Shown: positions 1 through 7,684, counted from the first letter of the stretch. The stretch is 13,162 bases of DNA from Paramoeba atlantica (GCA_977017575.1 CDRNVI010000117.1:1-13162); one strand, 5' to 3'. The notes: generated by a model from the letters alone, not told the origin. Made by a program: numbers and translations.

Positions 1-76
1 GTATACCAAATATTTCGAAAATCGGACAAAATACAAGACCTGTAGGGGGGGGGGTAAAAGACGCTGAACACCACTG
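1..76. mobile_element. Probable terminus of a second Tc1/mariner-type DNA transposon, extending off the left edge
   Basis: On the minus strand the RNase H frame of element 1 reads ...RRNYKHV, then TA (77-78) is followed by CAGTGGTGTTCAGC.... TA+CAGTG is the classic Tc1 terminus. Protein similarity stops here, before the expected DN motif, and AT-rich/poly-C sequence follows. Only one end is visible. Confidence 0.5.
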
Positions 77-78
77 TA

Positions 79-1576
79 CGTGCTTATAGTTTCTGCGGAC
101 TGCAACCATGATGCCGCCGAGTGCAGCGCTGAGTTCGGAGTAAAAAATATGTGCTCCTGGTTTCGTGTACCCTTGTTTACCTGCCTCCAAAATTCCTTCG
201 TTGAACAATAAGATCGCCCACGCTACTGAGCTGGCGTCTGTCCAAACATCTACGCGCGGACATCTTGTTACGTGTTCTACTTTAGATTGCCATGCGTTGA
301 TTCTCAAATTTTCAAATGAGTCCGATAGTTCGCTTAATAAGTCTTCTACAGGCGAAAATGTAATGTTCCAAGATTTCTTTTCGTGAACTATTCGGGCTAC
401 TTTACCTAAGGTCTGGAGTAAATGGGCAAACGAGAAAAGTGGAATCTTCAAGACGCTGGCTCGCCACATCAGAAGGCCGGAGATCGTATACAGTTCGATG
501 GCTGTCCACGCTTCATTTCGTACGATGCCGTCGTACTGCGTGCATGCTTTGATCGTCCATTGTGATGACATGCGATATCTTTTTTCCGAGAGGTCAAATT
601 CTATGCCCAGGACGCATGCCTCCCGCGTGGGCTCCATGGAAAGATCGTCAATTTTCAGTTTCACTGATTCTACCCGGGAGAGAAACTCGTTTGTCCTTTA
701 GCTCTGGCTTCGTTTTTCCGAGTAGAATATAGTTATCTACCCATGCCATGCCTAAATCTCTCACGATGAAACTCCTTGTGCTATCGCCGGCGCCCATGAC
801 CATCCCATGGGCATAGACGTAAACTGCACAGTGTCCGTTTTTCCCCTTGCATTACCCAGAACAGCACCAAAGTAAGGCCGTATCTCTGCGGCCAATGGAA
901 ATTGATAAAAAAAGCTTTTTGCGTCAGCGTGAGCCATCCATTCAGAGGCCAAGATTGCATCTGTTATGTTGTTAATCGAAGGCAGATGCATTGCGGGGGG
1001 GCATGCGAAAGCTCGGTTCAGCTTTCTGCAATCACATATTAGACGCAAACTCCCATCCTTTTTTGGAACAGTGAAGGAGCGATGTACAGCGACGGGTTGC
1101 TGGGTCTTTTCCACTACCCCCAGGCGTATTAGATCATGTAAATGTTGTCTCATAAAACGAGACACTGGGCGTTTGCCCTTGACGTTTGCTAGCAAGTATG
1201 ATTGAAAGACTTTTACGTTCTGTAAGAGTTCTAGGTAATCGAGTGTACCGTCGTCATTCATATTTCGGAGGGCCTTGTACGACAGTCTCGAAGATGCAAT
1301 AGTACCAATCGTACCTTGGTTTCTGTGGGTGCAAATGCTGGGCGGGCGCGTAAGTCGTCCACGATCAAGTTCATGTCCTTTCACGTCCTTAAAGTTTTTT
1401 GTAGCAACAGTTGTGATATCCGAAGAATTGTGCACGAAAACCGGTTCTGGATTAGGCTCGCCATTTATATTGTCACTGTCCCACGTTTCTCGACCAATGT
1501 GCAAGGGAAACTTACCGTGTAACTGTCCTTTTAGTAAGTATAGCGCCGACTGATTTACATTGTGCCCTTTCTTCAT
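79..1576 (-). pseudogene. Reverse transcriptase - RNase H of element 1 (frameshifts near 770 and 695)
   Basis: ORF 761-1576 has FTVPKKDGSLRLICDCR, ADAKSFFYQFPL and MPMGWSWAPAIAQ. A shifted frame gives FIVRDLGMAWVDNYILL (WVDN at 732-743). A further shift gives an open frame with VLGIEFDL, VWTDASSVAWA (TDAS 230-241) and HIFYSELSAAL, running to the TA at 77-78. Confidence 0.9.
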
Positions 1577-2089
1577 AGAAGCTTTGTAGCGTCATGCAAC
1601 CCCAGGGACAGTGCTACTTCCATCCGGGGAAGATAAATCCACAAAGTCTCTAGATCTTTGTGCTTGGCCAGCAGTTGTATTACAGACAGAGGTACACCGT
1701 CTTTCAGGAGAGAAACCAGTGATCCGCGTTTCACTGAGTGTGCTGACAGATTGGAACTGACTCTTTTCAAGACCGCGGTTGCTCTCATCGTACTCAAAGT
1801 CGTAAATTTCTCTCCTTCCGTGATGTTCTCCAGTCGGTTTATGAACAGGTTCCATTCGTTGAACGAGCAGCTGATCGGTATTGCTGTCCCTATTCTGAAA
1901 GGGTCTCCCTTGTGTATTGGGAATGTAACGCCGAGTATTCGTTTTTCGTGGTCTATGATCTGGACATCCTGCCTCCTTAAATGTCGAACGTCGTCGATGC
2001 AACTGCACGTCTTCCAAGCTAACATCATTCCGGCCGCTTCGTCCGTGACCAGCCACTCGCACGCCTCGACGATTTGGTCCTTCGTTGCT

Positions 2090-2406
2090 CAATCCAATCC
2101 AAATCATTCCGGATTGCTCCGGATGGTCACTGGCAAGCCAGACACTTCACAGACAGATTTGGAAGTTCCGAGGCCGACGTCCTCTACCAGATTCCGCTTG
2201 TCCAAGGCGGCACCAACGTGCTGTTGCCAACACGCTGCGTCGACAAACTGTACGTCAACACGGCTTACCCCCAAGAGGTGTAAGCCGGGTAAGGGAGCTG
2301 GTTCCCTGAGGGGAGTCCGGGACGGTCCTCCGAGTACTGGGCCTAGTCAGTTATCAGCCCAGCCCCTTAGAGTGAGGCCGCCGGGAATATTGCCGCCGGG
2401 AATATT
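2090..2406 (-). mobile_element. 317-bp SINE-like or 5'-truncated non-LTR retroposon with 12-bp TSD
   Basis: Flanked by the exact direct repeat TCCTTCGTTGCT (2078-2089 and 2407-2418). Removing it restores QAPPATKDQIVEACEWL in frame. The minus strand ends in GATTTGGATTGGATTG and contains several hairpins. Confidence 0.75.
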
Positions 2407-2467
2407 TCCTTCGTTGCTGGAGGAGCTTGATTTTCCGGCACTAACGCTCCCTGGCGCTGGAGTGATT

Positions 2468-2512
2468 TCATATACATGTAGATGCTCATTTGATGATTAT
2501 CATATACATGTA
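2468..2512. other. Tc1/mariner-type excision footprint (TACATGTA) with a duplicated repair patch
   Basis: TCATATACATGTA occurs at 2468-2480 and 2500-2512 around a 19-bp filler. TACATGTA = TA+CA+TG+TA. It turns the plausible ancestral AYMK into AYMYMK and causes a frameshift. Confidence 0.6.
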
Positions 2513-3188
2513 TGCTGTTACCGCTGTTTTCTCCATCATTCCTCCCGAGCGGTAAATGATTTGCACGAGATTTTTGGCGTACGTATGTGCCGTTTGAACG
2601 CTGATGATTCCTTTCTTGGTTTCCGGATTGATAAATCTGAGCTTCGCTTCCAGGAAGCATATGATACACCACTCCTCGCTGGGAAGGTCGTCTCCGAGAC
2701 TTTGTTTCCACACGGTGTATTGTTTGTATACGCTGGACAGATGGTTCCAACGCGACTCCGATTTTTCCTGTAACATACGCTGCCTTCCCTGTTCCAGAAC
2801 CTCCCTTACACCCGTTGTCGGAATGAGCGCTCCGGTCTCCCTGTTTCCTTCTATTCGGTCTAGGAAAAGATCCTCCACTTCCAGCCGATTTTTCTCTCGA
2901 GATCTCGTCACTATGCCGGTGACGGTTTTCGTGCTTCGCGACGGTTCTTTGTACGAACTGGTTATTGTGCGACTCAAGTCCGGATTTGCTCTTTGCAGTT
3001 CTATTCCTTCCTCTTCCGTTGTCTCTTTGCCTTCTTGCCCTTGGAGTAAGTTTGTATTGCCCCTTATTATGTATATTTCTAGAATAATTTTCACTGTAAA
3101 AATTATTGCCCCTAACGTTGATAATTCTACTATATTGTCCCTTATAAAATTTATTGTTTCTTGAATTATTTTCACGTCGACGTACTAG

Positions 3189-3948
3189 TCAAAATTTCTT
3201 CACGGACGGTTTTGACGGCGGGCCCGCGCTTCGCCCCGGTCGATCGTTTTTTGAATCCATAGCCTTCAACATTGCCGGGAAAAGTTTTCCACGCAGCCCT
3301 CCACTTACTTTCGCCTCCTCAAGAGCCTGAGCATAGACCCGGCAATCTCCATGCAGGGCACGGACTTTATAGGCCACTAAGGCTGCCAGAATGTTCTCTC
3401 CCACCAGCATATTACCGTCGGACTTCCAGAGGACACCCATCTTCATAGAATTTCGAGCCCATGCTAGGAAAGCTAAGAGAAGATCATTTTTTTTATGCTC
3501 ATCCTGATGATACCGAGGGACGTTCCGCTCTGCAGCACCCACCCCAAAGTACCGCCGCAAATGAGAATCTAGTTCGACCAGACTTCGATCTCTCGTTTCT
3601 GCGTTTCCTTCCAGGAACATCGCATAGGTGGCCAAATCCAGAGGTTCGAAGGTCCCCGCCTCGCGTCCCTCCACCCGCTCGATCGCCGCCGAATAGGGAT
3701 CTGAAGGCAGTTTATCCAGCATGTGCACTTTGACGTTCGACGGTGGGAAAGTCAGTTCTCCGTATTTCCCAAAGTCGATTATCATGAACACTTTTTCCTC
3801 ATCGATTTTCTTTACCACTCCCTTCCATATTTTCCCCGAGGTACCTTGTCTGAGGACCACAGAAGTCGGATAGCGTCCCCGATTTTGCTCTCGGCCACAA
3901 ACTCTCGGCCACACGTGAGTCTGATATAAGAGGGGGTAGATCGTTCAT
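3189..3948 (-). pseudogene. ORF1 (gag-like by position) of element 1
   Basis: A 241-aa open frame (3189-3914) lies directly upstream of YR. A likely true start is the ATG at 3948 (MNDLPPLISDSRVAESKIGDAIRLLWSSDKVPRG), reached after removing a 14-bp duplication (3888-3913) and correcting a 1-bp shift near 3835. The gag-like call rests on position only. Confidence 0.6.
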
Positions 3949-4256
3949 TGGGCGAAATATGTTACATAATTATTAAATATGGGGCATTTCCAAAATTTTT
4001 CATAACTGAAAAAATCGATTGCTTTTTTTCGTACGTCCCACTTGGGGATTGACATCCCACACGGGTTGGGTACTAAAGATAAGAAAATGACCCTGTTTTT
4101 AAGCTAAAAAATGCGACAAAAAAAGTTTCGCGCCACTTTGCCGCGCCTGTTTTTTTTGATGAAATAGGTGAAGGGGGGTGATCTGTAGGGAAAATCAATT
4201 TTACGAGCACAACCCAGACTAAAACGGACGAGGGAGATACTAAACCACAGTCCGGT

Positions 4257-4280
4257 TTAACATTCCGGGGAGAATGTTAA
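4257..4280. repeat. TTAA-flanked mini inverted repeat (TTAACATTC-6 nt-GAATGTTAA)
   Basis: Perfect 9-bp inverted repeat with TTAA at both outer ends. Confidence 0.5.
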
Positions 4281-4464
4281 GTAGCTACAGGAACATTAAC
4301 TTTTTTTTGAGTTTGGTAATCATATTCTTCAAAACAATGATGGCATAAAAGGGTTAAACTGAACTAATATTCGCAATTTTACAAATTTTCAAAAAGAAAA
4401 TCCTTTTTTTCCCGTACTTTAAACTTTTCTCAACTTGTACATGCTTACTTCTTACAAATGAACT

Positions 4465-4900
4465 CATGCACGGCCTTGCTTCAAATTTACTAAAACTTGA
4501 AACAATGCATCACCCCCATTACACTTAAAACTTCCGGTGCATACCTCTGCTTATGCTTCTATTCGGTACCCTTCTTTTTCAGCTTCCGACCTGGAACAAT
4601 ACTGTCCCGCTTCGGACGCTTTTTGGCCATGGAGTTAGCGCACTCCATAGTGCTCGTGTCCACGCCTTCAGTTGTAATCCACTGTCTTTGGTGGCTAACA
4701 CTTTCGCGTAGAGATAAATTGTGACGGGTGTCAGATAGAATGAATTTTTATGCGACTTCCTGAAGCAAAATTCTCGATCTTTGGAGAAGAGGATTCTTGA
4801 ACGTTCTATTCGGACCAGAGTCCATGCAGATAATTTGTGGTTCTTCTATTATCTCAATGGTTCTAGTAACATATCGCCTTTTTCCGATATACCGTAGACC
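4465..4900 (-). pseudogene. Degenerate Merlin/IS1595 (ISXO2-like) DDE transposase catalytic remnant
   Basis: Across frames the minus strand reads WVYGISEKG ... KIENFASGSRI/LSD ... VSHQRQWITTEGVDTSTMECANSMAKK ... GGDALFQVLVNLK. This resembles the WVFG-ER, GS-I-(T/S)D, VNH...GVHTN-IE and C-terminal motifs in the expected order. It contains several stops and frameshifts. Confidence 0.5.
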
Positions 4901-5083
4901 CACCAGTAATAGGCCCCCCAGTAACAAGGATTTGGCTCGGGAGGGTGGCTCAAGGGGGGAGGGGGATTTGGGCGGGGTGAGGGCGGTTGCGCGGGAGCGA
5001 GTGTTCTTCTTTTACCCTAAATGGGTTGCCCGGGCTGCTCCGATTTTTCATGCACTGATAAGTGGTCCAATACTTTGCGTTAT

Positions 5084-5408
5084 ATGGCAACGGAAGACAG
5101 CATCATATTCCGGATAAAAATCATGCTCTTATGTATGAGGCCGTTACTTGTTCGAAAGGTCATGAGCCACGGGTACGTACTCTTAAGGAAGATCATTGGT
5201 TATGCTTCGATATAAAGTGCCGCGGTAAAACTTATTTTTGGGAACCTCTTCTGACGGCCACACATGAGCGCACCGCAAACCAGATTTTTAAAGTCTTATA
5301 CGGCATCACTTCTGTAGCCGGCTACTGATCTCAACGAAGAGTGGACTTGGGGCAAAAGCGATCACTCGGCTGACAAACATCCCTTTGAGTCGTGCCCTCG
5401 AACAATGA
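5084..5408 (+). pseudogene. Zn-ribbon + HTH protein, copy A (resembles a Merlin/IS1595 transposase N-terminus)
   Basis: TCSKGH...WLCFDIKCR, then EPLLTATHERTANQIFKVLYGI. After a shift near 5320 it reads LISTKSGLGAKAITRLTNIPLSRALEQ and stops at 5406-5408. It aligns by eye with copy B. Confidence 0.5.
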
Positions 5409-5734
5409 AAATCGAAAAAATAAAAATCGAAAATTTTCTTTCCAAAAAACTTCAAAAAATTCCATATTAAATGGGGGGGATCAGGGGGGTCCGCATTAAA
5501 GGGGTCAAAGTAAAGGACTTTTGCATAAGTCAAGGACTTTTGTGGAACACCAAAGAATTTTTTTTGATTTTCATTTTCCGTGCGTTCAGTATCCTACACT
5601 TCACTACATACGTTGACTATGCGTGCGTAGCGGAAACTACGAAATTCGGTGAGCTTCGCAAATTGCATCCCACTAACGACGCACAGGGGAATCCTACGCG
5701 GGGTACAGGCTCACGCGGGCCCTCGCCGTTTCGC

Positions 5735-5776
5735 GGCCGCGCGCACCCCCGCTCACGCGGGGGCCTCCGCGCGGCC
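5735..5776. repeat. GC-rich hairpin
   Basis: GGCCGCGCG (5735-5743) pairs with CGCGCGGCC (5768-5776). The inner CCCCCGC/GCGGGGG stem closes a TCAC loop. Confidence 0.8.
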
Positions 5777-5808
5777 AAAATGGGTACTAAAATTCAGGGT
5801 TCGCAGAA

Positions 5809-5877
5809 ACTATAAAACTATCAATATAGTACTATATAGTTACTATAAACTTTTTTCGAAAACTATAAAAAACTATA
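5809..5877. repeat. Cluster of ACTAT/ATAGT motifs
   Basis: About six direct and two inverted copies, including the palindrome TATAGTACTATA. Confidence 0.7.
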
Positions 5878-6012
5878 TTTTTTTGTTTCACATTTTAGGC
5901 ACTCCGAAGCTCACCAACACGCCATAAATACACGGCGAGTTCATTTGTGTACGATTTTTCTTATTTTTAAACCCGAAAATTGATGCCCGAAATTAAAGTT
6001 ACGAGGGGTAGT

Positions 6013-6177
6013 TTCTGCAAAGATTATTTTATTGAACTGCTGCACACGGAGGGAAGTAAACAAGCGGTTGAATGTAACTTGTGTCAGGAGGGGACGTACC
6101 CCAGTCCCATCGCGTGGCCTTGACAGATTGCCTTGTGCGAATCTTGCGTCCCGAACATCTTCTCACTGCATCGCTGT
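6013..6177 (+). pseudogene. Possible fragment of a cysteine-rich repeat (CxxC..G.Y) surface-protein gene
   Basis: The frame reads FCKDYFIELLHTEGSKQAVECNLCQEGTYPSPIAWP*QIALCESCVPNIFSLHRC, with an in-frame stop at 6121-6123. The match is short and weak. Confidence 0.25.
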
Positions 6178-6343
6178 CGCCGCGCTTTGGCTGGAGCCAC
6201 CGACGTTATGTCTTGGGACTGAATAACTGCTGCTCACAATTCCATGAGTTTGAATAAATACAATCATATGAGTCTGAATAAAGTACGCGGTGTGTTGTCG
6301 AGTGGAGACAGTTTCTGTACCTTGTTGTTAATCCTTTCTTTCC

Positions 6344-6388
6344 CCGGCAACGGGCATACTCTTACTGTATTTTCATGCCCGTTGCCGG
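6344..6388. repeat. Perfect 14-bp inverted repeat with a 17-nt loop
   Basis: CCGGCAACGGGCAT (6344-6357) and ATGCCCGTTGCCGG (6375-6388). Confidence 0.85.
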
Positions 6389-6596
6389 CCGGCACTAAGG
6401 TCGGAACTGTCCCTCTTGTCGCTGAAGCAGGGGACGCGCTTTCACCCCTTCACCCCTCCCCGACTCACTCCCCTGGAGTGAGTGTGCTTCCCCCTCTCGG
6501 CTTTTTTCGACTTGTCTTTTTCCTCTCCGAGAGGGCCATGCGTCACGGTGGCCTCCCTTGAGGACCACTAGGCGTGTCCTCCGCCGACGAGACTCG

Positions 6597-6734
6597 GTTC
6601 TCTGCACCTGGGGGTCGCCCAGCTCTCTGCACCTCGGCTCTGTCGCAGCTCTCTGCACCCGGATTGCCCCCGAAACTGTAATATGGGGATTACGCATCCG
6701 GCTCTCTGCACCTGGGACGCCAGCTCTCCGCACC
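6597..6734. repeat. Five dispersed copies of a GCTCTCTGCACC motif
   Basis: Copies start near 6597, 6622, 6648, 6701 and 6723. Spacing is irregular and the copies are not in a common reading frame. Confidence 0.75.
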
Positions 6735-7684
6735 CGCACACCTCCGGCGAGGACGAAACCTCACATGATCCACCCGTCGTATGCGGGATAAGGACATGGT
6801 GAGTAAATCTCTGCACTATAAGTGCATGATAAAACAATTGTACTTCCTATCGTCACTCCTTTCGCATGCGTTTCATTGCTATTTCCGAGGAGATGACACA
6901 CTAGTTGATGATATTTTTCGGCGGTGATGGAATCGCGGGGAAGAGGGAGGATGTTTCGATAGCTATGTAACCCAGGATAAAGTGGACGAGGGAGGTTCTA
7001 AAAGCACCTTTAAACCACCACAAAAATTTGTTTGTAAGTCAAGGACTTTTGCATAAGTCAAGGACTTTTGTGGAACACCAAAGATTTTTTTTGATTTTCA
7101 TTTTCCATGCGCCAAGCAAGCCCGGTCCGTGAGCTAGCTTATGAGTATACAGTATATAATAGTAGCGTAGCTCGCAAAGTAGTTTTTGGCAATATACTTT
7201 TTGAAGAATCTGCATGCCTGCACAAGGGGTGACCCTCGTAAAATGGGCGAAAACGGCGAAAAACGACCATTTTTCACGAAATTGCCCAAAAATGGTCATT
7301 TTTTGCGATTTTCAAGGGGTTACTCCTTATATGAAAACCGCTCATTCAAAGTTTTGTGAGTACACACGAACAGCTTAAGACCTAAAGAAGGCCTTATGTG
7401 ATTCCTTTTCAACATTACGCACAGTACAGAGATATCGTAAGGTCAACATCGCCGAAAAAAGTATTTTTTTGGCAAAATGTCATGCACATTGTTGCCTCCA
7501 AATATTCTCCCCAGGACCCAAACCAGGGGGTAATTCGGTAGTATAATGACAGATCTGTATGATGGTGCTATACATGAGTCGCAATGGACCAACTCATATA
7601 AAGGGGGTCCCTGCTAAAAATTGACTTCCGCAAAAGTCCTTGACTTATGCAAAAGTCCTTTACTTTGACCGTTTACGCGTCTAG

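Larger units (their letters stand above)
1573..3175 (-). pseudogene. Tyrosine recombinase of element 1, split by two insertions
   Basis: The C-terminal part has HKGDPF, SAHSVKRGS and AKHKDLETLWIYL (K, H-x-x-K-R, H and Y motifs). The N-terminal part has TAHTYAKNL and YMKSLQRQGALVPENQAPPATK. Removing 329 bp (2090-2418) and 32 bp (2481-2512) from the 1603-bp span leaves 1242 bp = 414 codons in one frame. Confidence 0.88.
77..3948 (-). mobile_element. Degenerate tyrosine-recombinase retrotransposon 1 (VIPER/TATE-like; ORF1-YR-RT/RNase H)
   Basis: Colinear minus-strand ORF1, YR and RT/RNase H remnants. YR upstream of RT is the VIPER/TATE arrangement, whereas DIRS and Ngaro place YR after RT/RH. 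Termini were not located. Confidence 0.85.
5503..7670. mobile_element. Segment bounded by perfect 40-bp inverted repeats beginning GG (non-autonomous or composite DNA transposon)
   Basis: GGTCAAAGTAAAGGACTTTTGCATAAGTCAAGGACTTTTG at 5503-5542 and its exact reverse complement at 7631-7670. A second left-end copy is at 7035-7106 (matching 5513-5579 except for one base). No TSD was found (flanks ATTAAAGG vs GTTTACGC). Confidence 0.55.

Noticed and set aside
1573-2028. Phage or bacterial integrase
   Set aside because: It is directly coupled to an RT/RNase H ORF, and the surrounding elements are eukaryotic types.
2320-2365. 7SL/Alu-like or tRNA-derived origin of the insert (CCCAGTACTCGGAGG resembles CCCAGCTACTCGGGAGG)
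   Set aside because: The match is short, with no UGUNR motif, no SRP helix-8 motif and no clear A/B boxes or cloverleaf.
2300-2406. HDV-like ribozyme (ingi/L1Tc 77-nt signature) at the 5' end of the insert
   Set aside because: A P1-like CCCGGC/GCTGGG, a P3-like CCT-7nt-AGG and a CCAGTAC word are present, but I could not build a consistent P2/P4/J4-2 with a catalytic C.
1658-2773. 371-aa plus-strand ORF, also 2604-3164, 966-1205, 1275-1553 and 12390-12845
   Set aside because: These are antisense shadows of YR/RT coding sequence with no motifs. The longest runs through two later insertions, so it cannot be an ancestral gene.
6100-6200. piggyBac C-terminal cysteine-rich domain on the minus strand (RQRC...AICQGH...PS*HKLH)
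   Set aside because: Too many of the required cysteines are missing.
6740-6770. Hammerhead ribozyme core near GGACGAAAC
   Set aside because: There is no CUGANGA motif and no flanking stems.
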